From positions 2,644,984-2,708,983 of the forward strand of contig OZ241984.1 in assembly GCA_965204385.1 (NCBI GenBank): a DNA stretch of 64,000 nt, in the 5' to 3' direction. Of the stretch, positions 55,200 through 64,000 are shown piece after piece. The notes under the pieces are model-generated. The model was not told the DNA's origin. It saw nothing but the letters and a program-made list of their open reading frames with translations, and did not search any database. Each line of letters begins with the position of its first letter. Position 1 is the first letter of the stretch. Source of the DNA: Dehalococcoidia bacterium. GTDB taxonomy: Bacteria; Chloroflexota; Dehalococcoidia; Lucifugimonadales; Lucifugimonadaceae. The position numbers were made by a program, and so were the translations under genes.

Positions 55200-55489
55200 C
55201 CTGTTCCAAAGGATCTCCAGTGTTACTGGATCAAATTCTGTCTTGGTGTTCGTCGACGTGACCTCCGACCTCGGCTTTCGATTCGCGCTTGTCGAACGAT
55301 TAGGGATGCGACCATCTCGATGAATGACGCGCGAATTCTAGCACCTGTGAAGGCACCAATAATCGATGACTATCGTTACAGGACGTTCGCGTGATATTGA
55401 TTAGTTTGCGCTCGAATATATGTCATCCAGCGTCGATTTACTCTCATTGAACCAGAAAATAGTCGCTTCGGCCCGTGATAAACTGCGCG

Positions 55490-57970
55490 ATGCAAATGAA
55501 CCAGGTACTCGAAAGGATGAGCTGGCTGGTCACGGCGCGCCCGTGGGTCACGATCATCGTCCTCGTCATCGTCACCGTTGTCCTTGCCGCCGGAGCTAAT
55601 CTCCGTGCACCGCCGACGGAAGGTGCGAGTGTGGCGTTTTTGCCGCCAGGGCATGCGATTGCGAACGCGACGCGCGAGATTGACGAATTCTTCGGCGACT
55701 CTGGCGAGATCAGCATAGTAACCATCATTTTCCGCGGGGACGCGTTGACGCCAAGCGGTTTGACTCAGATGGACGGTCTCCTTGATGAGATCGTCGGGGA
55801 CTCTGGCGTAAGCGAGTTGCTGGTGCCGGTCGGTGCCGTGGTCGCGCCGTCGACCGTGATCGGCGCATTGGTGCAAGCCCAAGGCGGAGATGCGATAACT
55901 CAGGAAGTAATCGATTTCGCGCGGACGATTCCGGAGGTTCAAGGAGCGCTAGATGCGATGACCGGGACCGACACGGACGGCACGCAGGTGGCGATCGCAA
56001 ACATCCGTCTTACCGACACCGGTGACGAACGCATCCAGATAGCTGAGCGTCGGATTTACGAGTTGGCCGATGAGAACGAAGGTCCATTGAGCGTCAGCAG
56101 TTTGTCCTCTGTGATCGTCGAGGATGAATACACGGAGGCCACGGAGTCGGGTATGGGACCGCTGATCGGTCTGGCACTGGTGCTGATCGCTTTGCTGCTT
56201 CTGGTCTTCACGCGCACCTTCTCAGATATGTTGTTGACGCTGACCGGACTCATCTTTTCGATCGTCTGGATTGTCGGCGCAGAGGGTTGGCTAGGGCCAA
56301 ACGGTCTAAGCCTGATAGGACCACCGAGTTCGCTCACTGCGATGATTCCAGTGATCGTCATCAGCCTCACTGTGGATTATGCGATTCAAGCTATCTCGCA
56401 CTACCGTGAACAGCGAATTGAGGGTCTTGCGGTTGTTCCGGCGATACGCAAGGGGATAAGCATTGTCATGATCCCGTTGACTCTGGCCGCGGTGACGACG
56501 ATCGTAGCTTTCTTGGCTACGCTGTTCTCGCCGATCGGAGTGATTGCCGACTTCGGCGTTGTTGCAGGACTGGGCGTTGGGTTGAGTTTGATCGTTATGC
56601 TGACGCTGATACCGGCCGGCCGGGTGATTATTGATCGCCGGCGCGAGTCACGCGGCACATTGGCGCCTCCGCGGCCGATCTCGAACGCGTTACCAGGAAT
56701 CACACCGGTGGCGGAACTGATCGGGAGAGCGGTCACGCGATGGCCAGTGCCCTTCATCGCGGCGATTATTGCAGTGACGATCGGGCTAGGGTTCGCCGCA
56801 ACGGGACTGAAATCTGAATTCAACATCCGGGATATCCTCCCGCGCGGTGGGAGTGTGCTGGCGGATATGAACACCCTCGACGCATCAGTCGGCGGTTCAA
56901 CGGAGGTTGCCAGTGTGCTTGTGAAGGCAGAGGTGACGGAGATTCGGACGCTATTGAATCTTGAAGACCTTACGACCGCATTTGCGGACGAAAACCGCCG
57001 GCCGGCGGCCGTTGCGGGACCGATTCAGACGTCTTACTACGATTACCTTTACGACTGGATCGAAGACAGTGGGGAACCCGGAGACAGATACGATCCGGAA
57101 CTCGCTGCGATGTTCCAAGAAGCGTCCGAAGGAGTGCATCTTGATCCGAGTTTGATGCAGCGGATCTTGGATAGGCTCGGAGCAGAGGAACCCGAGCTTG
57201 TGCGCTTGCTGATAAACGATCCGGATGGTATCGACACAATGTTGCTCCAGTTTCCGGCGTACACCAACGATCCCGATGGGACGAAGGAGCTTCAAGAAGA
57301 TATCGAGGCGCTGTGGCAAGGCGATGACGCCGCAGTTACAGCGACTTCGGAAAGCATCCTCGGCGTGACGGTGCAGGGCCAGATCACCGACCGACAGACC
57401 GAGGCGATCAGCACAACTATCGCCATCGCGCTGGTTATCCTCTCAGTCTTCTTTTGGGTGACTTTGCGACAGCCTGCATTAGGCCTCGTCGCTGTTGGAC
57501 CCATCGTACTCGTCCTGATATGCGTGCTTGGAACGATGGCACTGCTGGGTATTCCATATTCATTGATCACCTCGATCATCACGGCATTGTCGATCGGTAT
57601 CGGTGTGGACTACACGATCCATGTGATCCATCGATATCGCGAGGAGTTCTCCCGTCTGCGTGACCCGGAGAAGGCGGCGATACGCACATTAAGCACCACA
57701 GGATCGGCGTTGTTGGGCTCTGCGCTGACGACGGCGCTCGGCTTTGGAGTGCTGATCGCCTCGCCGCTGCTTGCATCTCAACAGTTCGGCATCACAGCGA
57801 CGATAACAATCGTCTACTCGCTGATAGTGTCCGTTTTGGTAGTGCTTCCCGCGATGGTGGTCTGGGGCGCGTACCAGAACATGCGGTTACGGTCGATGGT
57901 TGAGCGGGAGTGGGCGGAACTCGACGAAGCGATCGAGGGCATCCACGAACGCTACGACCGAGAAGCGTAG
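55490..57970 (+). CDS. MMPL/RND-superfamily (HpnN-like) lipid transporter
   Basis: Two-fold 1+5 TM architecture with large loops. 'SVSSLSSVIVEDEY' and 'ALSIGIGVDYTIHVIHRYREE' are RND/MMPL TM-bundle motifs. ATG at 55490 (GTG 55475 is also possible). Confidence 0.85.
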   Translation: MQMNQVLERMSWLVTARPWVTIIVLVIVTVVLAAGANLRAPPTEGASVAFLPPGHAIANATREIDEFFGDSGEISIVTIIFRGDALTPSGLTQMDGLLDEIVGDSGVSELLVPVGAVVAPSTVIGALVQAQGGDAITQEVIDFARTIPEVQGALDAMTGTDTDGTQVAIANIRLTDTGDERIQIAERRIYELADENEGPLSVSSLSSVIVEDEYTEATESGMGPLIGLALVLIALLLLVFTRTFSDMLLTLTGLIFSIVWIVGAEGWLGPNGLSLIGPPSSLTAMIPVIVISLTVDYAIQAISHYREQRIEGLAVVPAIRKGISIVMIPLTLAAVTTIVAFLATLFSPIGVIADFGVVAGLGVGLSLIVMLTLIPAGRVIIDRRRESRGTLAPPRPISNALPGITPVAELIGRAVTRWPVPFIAAIIAVTIGLGFAATGLKSEFNIRDILPRGGSVLADMNTLDASVGGSTEVASVLVKAEVTEIRTLLNLEDLTTAFADENRRPAAVAGPIQTSYYDYLYDWIEDSGEPGDRYDPELAAMFQEASEGVHLDPSLMQRILDRLGAEEPELVRLLINDPDGIDTMLLQFPAYTNDPDGTKELQEDIEALWQGDDAAVTATSESILGVTVQGQITDRQTEAISTTIAIALVILSVFFWVTLRQPALGLVAVGPIVLVLICVLGTMALLGIPYSLITSIITALSIGIGVDYTIHVIHRYREEFSRLRDPEKAAIRTLSTTGSALLGSALTTALGFGVLIASPLLASQQFGITATITIVYSLIVSVLVVLPAMVVWGAYQNMRLRSMVEREWAELDEAIEGIHERYDREA

Positions 57971-58094
57971 CAGACGCTGGGCTTAAGATTTTCTCCCAAC
58001 TTTCGGGGAAATGTCTCGAGGATAAAGGGGGAGAAATGCCCGTAGTAAACCCGCCCTCTTGGGAATGGCGGTGGTTGTTTCAAAAGTTTCTCGC

Positions 58095-59129
58095 CTAAAG
58101 GGGTTTACGGGCTAGGAAACAGTAGAGCGGAGTGAAGATACCCGACTTGCCACCCGCGACGTAAGCGTCTGCGGTGCGATCCAGGAGTCGGACAACGTCT
58201 GCGGAGCCTTTGGGCAGAATCCGCACCACCTCGGCGAACTTTGTTCCAGCAACTGCCGCTTTACGGCCCCACGGTAGCCTGCGCAAGGCACTGCCTAACG
58301 TTCCGTGGCGACTTTCCATAGGTTGGTACCAAGGTGTTGACGGTCCTAGTTGGACGTCTCGATCTATCCCTTCCAAGACTCGGAATCCCACAGTTTCGAG
58401 CGCTTGGTTAACTTCCTGAAACGTCGCAATGTCGTTTAGCGCAATGCCACGCATCAGATCTTGCTTGATTTCTTGATGCCGGTCATCGCTCGGATCGAAC
58501 TCGTCCGTCAAACACATCTCCTGTCCCCAAAACAGGGCTCCGGGTTTCAGCACTCGGAAAATCTCGGCAAAGGCTCCTTGCTTGTCGGGCGCATGGCATG
58601 TCGACTCGATGGCGTAACCACGGTCGAATGTGTTGTCTTCGATGGTGCTCATATCCATAAAGCTGCACGGGTTGAGATCGACCATGTGGTCGATGTTGGC
58701 TTCAGCATTCAACTGTCTCGCCATCCCCAATTGGATGGCGTTGATGTTGATGCCGACGACTTTCACTCCCGCCTCGCGCACGACGCGACGCATCGGACCG
58801 CCAACGCCGCAACCAACGTCTATAACATTCATGCCCGGTTGCAGTTCTAGCTTTGAGATCATCAATCGTTGATGTCTGACTTTGGATTGCTTGAGGCTTT
58901 CATGAGGCGTCAAGGGCGCGAAGTGGAGCGATTCACCCCAGCCCCAGATCATGAATCCGCTACAAAGGTCGTAGTAGTCTTTAACGGTTTCGGCGTGGTC
59001 GTAGCCGTTCGCGCTGTCGGCTTCCGACTTCGCTCGATCTACCCAGCTGTCGAGATGTTGCACGCGGCGTGTGACATCGGAATCTCCGTACGCGTCTCTC
59101 AGCTCTTTCGATAGTTTGCCCAGCTGCAT
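58095..59129 (-). CDS. Sterol 24-C-methyltransferase (ERG6/SMT1) family SAM-dependent methyltransferase
   Basis: 'YYDLCSGFMIWGWGESLHFAP', 'VIDVGCGVGGP', 'FDRGYAIESTCHAP', 'PWYQP' and 'YVAGGKSGIFTPLYCFLARKP' match the four SMT signature regions and the ERG6 C-terminus (from memory). ATG at 59129; an alternative GTG lies at 59171. Confidence 0.85.
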   Translation of the reverse strand: MQLGKLSKELRDAYGDSDVTRRVQHLDSWVDRAKSEADSANGYDHAETVKDYYDLCSGFMIWGWGESLHFAPLTPHESLKQSKVRHQRLMISKLELQPGMNVIDVGCGVGGPMRRVVREAGVKVVGININAIQLGMARQLNAEANIDHMVDLNPCSFMDMSTIEDNTFDRGYAIESTCHAPDKQGAFAEIFRVLKPGALFWGQEMCLTDEFDPSDDRHQEIKQDLMRGIALNDIATFQEVNQALETVGFRVLEGIDRDVQLGPSTPWYQPMESRHGTLGSALRRLPWGRKAAVAGTKFAEVVRILPKGSADVVRLLDRTADAYVAGGKSGIFTPLYCFLARKPL

Positions 59130-59249
59130 CGCGTGCTTCTTCCGATCGTTAGTTGGTCTGCGATGAAGCACAGGTCAGAATTCCGAACCATCGATTCCCC
59201 TCCTTCATCGGGGTGCGGATCGGGTCCCGAGGTGATGTCATGTGGCGGG

Positions 59250-61277
59250 TCACGCAGGTATTTCGCGCCTCTGTTCGGCGACGTGGAATTTCAACTTCTT
59301 GCTCACAGAAAGCGACGGGAACGGGTCGATCTTAAGCTTGTAGTTCGCAGGCACTTCGAGCGTGAAATAGTGCGCGATCATTAACAGGTTGATGGCCAGA
59401 TGCAGTTCCATCTGCCTTGAACCGAGGCATGTGTGTGTCCCTAGCCCGAAGGGTGCGTAACCGGAACCGTGATGCTCGTTGCGCGGAGGCAGGTAACGGT
59501 CGATATCGAATTTCCAGGGATCGGGGAAGACATCCTCCATGTAATGGGCGGCGGCTTGAGCGATGTGTACCTGCGTGCCTTCCCGTAATTCGTGTCCTTC
59601 GACTGAACACGTATTCATCACAGTTCGCATCGACATCGGGACGATCGAATAAAGCCTAAAAGTCTCCAAGATGAAACGGATGGTCACGTCGATTGCTTCC
59701 GGGGTGAAGGCGTCGCGATCCGGATCGCCGTCGGCGAACAAGACATCTGCCTCACCGCGAATGCGTTCGTAAAGCTCTGGCTGCGATGCCATTGAATAAA
59801 CACAGAAGCCAAGGGCGTCGCCGAGGTACACGCTGGCGATTAGCGGCGCAGATAGCGCAAACCTGAGGTTAGATTCCGGTACAAACTGGGGATCGCTCGC
59901 ATGCAGACTCAACAGGTCATCAGCAAGGTCCCGAGGACATCCAGAGCGTTGGGCGGGTGTATGGCCGCTCTGGACTCGATTCAGCAGCACGTCGATGCTC
60001 TTCTTGCGGCGTTTCATACCCGGGGTGTTCAGCATGAACTTAGGCAATATTTTCACTACGTGAGTGCTGAGTGCTCGTGTTTTATATTCGACGAGGTCGT
60101 CGATGAGGTCCTGCGAATCAACGCTGATCATGATCGGAGAGTTTTGCGAGTTGATCATCAGTCGGCACATCCGGACTGCGGGCATAGAGTCGCCAACTGT
60201 CCAATCGGACATAAAGTTCCGGGCGTTGTTGTAGACGAGTTCCAGATGGCTTTCCAACCTCGAACGCGAGTAGGCGGAGTTCATGGACTTTCGGAAACGG
60301 AAGTGGTCGGCACCGTCCAGCGCGGGCAGTATTCCAGAAGCTCCATAGACCTTTTCGAAGTCTTCTAGGTAGTCTCGAGCTCGCAGATAGTTGCGTCCGT
60401 GCCTATGTGCCCAGTAATTTGTCTCAGCGCCGGCTAAAACGGTAATTGGTTGCTTCCGAAAAGGTGGACGAATCTGAAAGACTGGACCGTGCTTTTCTGC
60501 GAGTTGAGCAAAGAATGCATTCAAATTACCGTCGCGAAGATGACGATTGAACACCAATTCGCGGAGCGGTGCGACTGGGATCGGCCTGGACAGAGATGGA
60601 CGTCGAAGCGCCGGTCCGACAAGGGTCTCGGATACCGCTTTACTGATCGAACGCGCGATCAGATCCATCTGGCATATAAGCGCAATACGCTCTTCTGCCT
60701 CTTCATCGAGTTGGAATATGAAGCGGATAACATCGCAGGTATTGATAAGTGAGATGATGATGATGTCCCGTGGGTCGGGGATCTCGTCGTTGAATATCTC
60801 GTTAGCAATGCGGGCTTTGACGAATTGAAGCGCTGTGCCGTCTTGGGAACTGGTCATCATCTCTGAGTGCCACACTTTGCTAGACAGCGTCCAGTAATCT
60901 CCTTCGTGGTGATCGAGAATCTCTAAGTCGACCAATCGTTCCAGGACCGAATCGATAACGGCATCTGCGTGTGAAGCAAAACGCTCGATCCAATACTGGG
61001 TGTCGCGTTGAGTTGGTTCGCCCCCGATCGCCTTAAGGAACGGGTCAAGCACAGGATCGCCAGTTTCTGTTTCGTCGATAAGAAACAGAGATTCCATATC
61101 GGTATCGATGCGAGATTGGAGCGACAGTTCAGCGAGTACGGCTCCTACGACGGCGCAGTTCAAGTCCCAACCCGCAATTTGCCTAAAGTACCCGGTTTCC
61201 TCATTGAGAAGCATGAGGATGAGTTCCTGCGGCAGAGTGAGTTGGTGGGTTACCGTTTCGTCTATAGTCAGTGTCAT
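59250..61277 (-). CDS. GPP34 (GOLPH3/VPS74-like) domain fused to cytochrome P450
   Basis: The N-terminal ~225 aa 'LTLPQELILMLLNEETGYF......WDLNCAVVGAVLAELSLQSRID' are GPP34-like. The C-terminus has the P450 ExxR 'ETFR' and the haem loop 'FGLGTHTCLGSRQMELHL'. It is a single ORF. Confidence 0.85.
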   Translation of the reverse strand: MTLTIDETVTHQLTLPQELILMLLNEETGYFRQIAGWDLNCAVVGAVLAELSLQSRIDTDMESLFLIDETETGDPVLDPFLKAIGGEPTQRDTQYWIERFASHADAVIDSVLERLVDLEILDHHEGDYWTLSSKVWHSEMMTSSQDGTALQFVKARIANEIFNDEIPDPRDIIIISLINTCDVIRFIFQLDEEAEERIALICQMDLIARSISKAVSETLVGPALRRPSLSRPIPVAPLRELVFNRHLRDGNLNAFFAQLAEKHGPVFQIRPPFRKQPITVLAGAETNYWAHRHGRNYLRARDYLEDFEKVYGASGILPALDGADHFRFRKSMNSAYSRSRLESHLELVYNNARNFMSDWTVGDSMPAVRMCRLMINSQNSPIMISVDSQDLIDDLVEYKTRALSTHVVKILPKFMLNTPGMKRRKKSIDVLLNRVQSGHTPAQRSGCPRDLADDLLSLHASDPQFVPESNLRFALSAPLIASVYLGDALGFCVYSMASQPELYERIRGEADVLFADGDPDRDAFTPEAIDVTIRFILETFRLYSIVPMSMRTVMNTCSVEGHELREGTQVHIAQAAAHYMEDVFPDPWKFDIDRYLPPRNEHHGSGYAPFGLGTHTCLGSRQMELHLAINLLMIAHYFTLEVPANYKLKIDPFPSLSVSKKLKFHVAEQRREIPA

Positions 61278-61457
61278 CAGTTTCGCCGACGTTCCTGCGC
61301 CTGATAGACTTGGAACACATGGACTAGCCACTTTAAGGGATACTGTATCACACTGAATCAGAGGGTTTCTAGGTGCGATTCAGCGCAGGGCTAGAACGTT
61401 TGCAGAGTTCTGATCAGGTTGAGGTCACCCGGACTTCCGGCCGAAATTCACCAAACG

Positions 61458-62504
61458 ATGGTAACTCGACATAGCGTGCGAGCGGTCACTCAGACGCCTG
61501 CTCCGTTTCCCGAAGGCTGGTACTTCATCGCCAAGCGTGAAGCCATCGAAAAAGCTACCCTCGTTGCGAAAACATGGATGGGGGAAAGCGTCCTTGTTTG
61601 GTGTGACGGTAACGGGGCGATCTGCGTGTCGGAATCAGTCTGTCCCCACTTGGGATCCGATCTAGGCCCTGAAGCAGGAGGATGCGTACGCGGAGGCAGG
61701 ATAATATGTCCTTTTCACGGCTACGAATTCGATACAACTGGTCAGTGCGTAGCTACTCCATTCGCTCCTCCTCCAAAGACCGCCAAACTGCGGGTCTATG
61801 AGACGCAAGAGGTAGCGGGGATGGTCTTCGCATGGTGGGGGATAGATGGGAGACCGCCGCAATGGAGATTACCGTCGGATGATTTGGAACAATCAGACTG
61901 GACTGACTTAAAGGTCAATACCCTCCGTTTTCCCGGCCATCCACAGAGCACGACAGAGAATTCAGTGGACCTGGCGCACCTACGCTATGTCCACGGCTAC
62001 GACAACGTTGACGTGATCGTAGACGCCGACATCGACGGCCCGCTTTTGCAGACAGCATTCGACTTCAAAAGAACCCGCACTATCGCTAGGTGGGTAAACA
62101 TGACCTTTGAGGTCTCGGCTAGAACGCTGATCTACGGTCTGGGATACTCGTACGTCTCAATTAGGGAGCATTCGATTGGGATGGACATGAGACTCTGGGT
62201 GCTGGCTACGCCGGTCGACGGTACGCTTATGGACCTGTCACTCGCTTCGCAGATCCGGGAACTACGAAGCCCCAAACGATTGTTCGCGGGGCTAGGCTTC
62301 CTCCCAACGCGATGGCGTGCGCCGATCATGAACAAGTTCATGGCGGCTGAGCAACGCAACGATGTTTTGCAAGACGTTGTAATCTGGAGCCGCCAACAGC
62401 ACAAGACCCGTCCGCGTCTATGCCGTTCCGACGGTAAGATCATGCCATTCCGTTACTACTGCGCGCAGTTCTATCCAGAATCGAGCGAAAACGGTGCCGC
62501 CTGA
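61458..62504 (+). CDS. Rieske [2Fe-2S] non-haem-iron oxygenase, alpha-subunit-like
   Basis: 'CPHLGSDLGPEAGGCVRGGRIICPFHGYEF' (CxH-x17-CxxH). The C-terminal catalytic-domain-sized region contains 'VDLAHLRYVHGYDN' (candidate Fe ligands). Confidence 0.85.
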   Translation: MVTRHSVRAVTQTPAPFPEGWYFIAKREAIEKATLVAKTWMGESVLVWCDGNGAICVSESVCPHLGSDLGPEAGGCVRGGRIICPFHGYEFDTTGQCVATPFAPPPKTAKLRVYETQEVAGMVFAWWGIDGRPPQWRLPSDDLEQSDWTDLKVNTLRFPGHPQSTTENSVDLAHLRYVHGYDNVDVIVDADIDGPLLQTAFDFKRTRTIARWVNMTFEVSARTLIYGLGYSYVSIREHSIGMDMRLWVLATPVDGTLMDLSLASQIRELRSPKRLFAGLGFLPTRWRAPIMNKFMAAEQRNDVLQDVVIWSRQQHKTRPRLCRSDGKIMPFRYYCAQFYPESSENGAA

Positions 62505-62513
62505 TGACCCCAG

Positions 62514-63908
62514 CTAGGCTTTCCGAAAGCGCGATCCGTACAGGATGCTGCCGTAGTAGTTGAAAACTCTCTTGGCTTCCGGATCGTCGAAGGGATAATC
62601 TGCACCGATCTGTCTCGCGGCCGCTAGTCCGGTGATAAAGCAGGTTTCCTGGCTGTTAATCAGTGTGTGGGCGCCGCAGTGCCAAGTTTGTCGTCTCCCT
62701 TGTACGAAGCGGAAGAGATTGACGATCAATGCGACGTGACGCACATCGTGGATGATGTGTTGAAACCGATGCCGTTTGAGGATTTTCCGCTCGTCGATCG
62801 GATTGACGGGATTGTATGTAACCAGACAAGGCTTGTCTGATCTATTAACCCAAGGTTGCTGGTTGTGCATTATGTAGGTGACTTCATAGTTGTCCGGTTT
62901 CGGGCCGTACTGCTGGATGTGATTGCTACGGGTTTCGAGAGGTTGCGTTTCGTTGCTGGGAAGAACTGATGCATCGTGGTGGACGACCGCTTCATGATGC
63001 AGCGAGTCGTCGTAACGGATCGAAGAGAGTATGTAACGTTCCAGCCGTGTGGGATTGTCGAGGATCGCCAGCGCTTGATCCGCGTTGCACGCGAATATCA
63101 CGTCGTCGAACGCCTCTTGAACTCCCTCCGCATCCTCGAGCACCACCGACTCCGCATTGCGGTAGACCTTTCGGACTGGCCGGCTCAGATAGATTTTGTC
63201 GCGGAAGTTGGCCGTTAGGTTTTCGTAGATGCGGCGCGTACCTTGATCCCAAGTCCACATAGGTGTAGCCCGTTCGATATCGAAGAAATCTAGATACCGG
63301 GTGAATAGAGCGGCGGGCATGTCGAATACGTTGGTCGCCAGTACGAAGTTGACGAACATCGGCTTGAGGACTTGGTACTTGAACTCATCCGAGAAGCGTC
63401 CAAGTTTCAACAGGGTGCCCATACTGATGTAGTTGAAGGGGTTGAGGGCGTTGAGGAACTTAGACCGCGACCGGGTCAGCCAACCGATCCGGTACATGCG
63501 CTTCAACAACCGTTGGAACTTCGCAATCTCGGATTGCAAATCCTCCTTAATCTCGGAATCGTAGTCATGGGCATATATGCGCCCTCCGTACTCAACCGTG
63601 TAGCTAAATTTGGTGTCGAGTAGCTCGATACCGAATTGCTGCATCAAAAGAACGATGTGGTGATACACCGACGGTATGCAGGCGGTGACTGAGATGTCGA
63701 AAGGGATCGAGCTGCCATCATCCTGCGGCATGTCGACGGTAACAGCGTTGCCGCCAATCTGATCCTGAGCCTCGAAGATACGAAAGTCGAACCGATCAGA
63801 GTGATGGTGCAAGCCCCATGCAGCGCCTAAACCTGCAACACCTCCGCCGACTATGGCGATTCGTCTAGGCATCGGTCCTTTTCCAACCTGTTTCGTAGCG
63901 GATTTCAT
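62514..63908 (-). CDS. FAD/NAD(P)-binding oxidoreductase, COG2907 'amine-oxidase-like' family
   Basis: 'RIAIVGGGVAGLGAAWGL...FRIFEAQDQIGGNA' dinucleotide fold, and a C-terminal 'WHCGAHTLINSQETCFITGLAAARQIG'. Confidence 0.8.
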   Translation of the reverse strand: MKSATKQVGKGPMPRRIAIVGGGVAGLGAAWGLHHHSDRFDFRIFEAQDQIGGNAVTVDMPQDDGSSIPFDISVTACIPSVYHHIVLLMQQFGIELLDTKFSYTVEYGGRIYAHDYDSEIKEDLQSEIAKFQRLLKRMYRIGWLTRSRSKFLNALNPFNYISMGTLLKLGRFSDEFKYQVLKPMFVNFVLATNVFDMPAALFTRYLDFFDIERATPMWTWDQGTRRIYENLTANFRDKIYLSRPVRKVYRNAESVVLEDAEGVQEAFDDVIFACNADQALAILDNPTRLERYILSSIRYDDSLHHEAVVHHDASVLPSNETQPLETRSNHIQQYGPKPDNYEVTYIMHNQQPWVNRSDKPCLVTYNPVNPIDERKILKRHRFQHIIHDVRHVALIVNLFRFVQGRRQTWHCGAHTLINSQETCFITGLAAARQIGADYPFDDPEAKRVFNYYGSILYGSRFRKA

Positions 63909-64000
63909 CGTGACGCCACGCCGAATTACTTTCCAGCGCGGTAAATCATCCTAAAACCGCTGGCCAAGTGAACACACCATTTTGCCAAAATCGACTAAGT

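Noticed and set aside
55376-55942. 188-aa minus-strand ORF.
   Set aside because: It is antisense to the well-supported MMPL transporter gene and has a low-complexity Arg/Asp-rich product.

Overview
64 kb of a high-GC bacterial chromosome. An LPXTG-type sorting signal, a lipoprotein solute-binding protein and dense REP-like intergenic elements suggest a monoderm, Chloroflexota-like and possibly host-associated organism; this taxonomy is inference only. No searches were run: all calls rest on motifs read from the supplied ORF track and sequence, and comparison sequences are recalled from memory.

Layout:
(1) 0-9 kb, core genes: yebC, a KH protein overlapping rpsP, a MoaD-MoaE fusion, a Lia/Psp-like envelope-stress module (toast-rack protein, PspC protein, HisKA_3 kinase, NarL regulator, ABC-2 exporter) and tRNA-Ser(GCU).
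(2) 9-39 kb, accessory block starting exactly at the tRNA 3' end: an MMPL gene remnant, an OmpR remnant, a tyrosine recombinase fused in frame to a polytopic membrane domain, a 2771-aa LPXTG-anchored repeat protein, small RCC1/FN3 ORFs, an Opp/Dpp-type peptide importer, and a second ~2970-2990-aa secreted cadherin-like/Calx-beta/FN3 protein. The ATG and Shine-Dalgarno of that second protein are separated from its signal peptide by a one-base frameshift inside a G10 tract.
(3) 39-47 kb: hydrolases, an oxidoreductase and a GNAT.
(4) 47.4-51.3 kb, a visibly lower-GC junkyard or defence-island-like patch: a GxxExxY gene bracketed by ~60-bp direct repeats, a small HNH nuclease, a G13 tract, a two-gene operon of unknown function, decayed pseudogenes and an orphan nucleotidyltransferase.
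(5) 51.5-55.3 kb: hydantoinase/oxoprolinase A and B.
(6) 55.5-63.9 kb, the most interesting part: a eukaryote-type sterol C-24 methyltransferase (ERG6/SMT) homologue clustered with a GPP34(GOLPH3)-cytochrome P450 fusion, a Rieske oxygenase, a COG2907-type FAD oxidoreductase and an MMPL/RND lipid transporter. I read this as a candidate bacterial sterol-like lipid tailoring and transport system.

Several families of mosaic intergenic repeats recur throughout the window.
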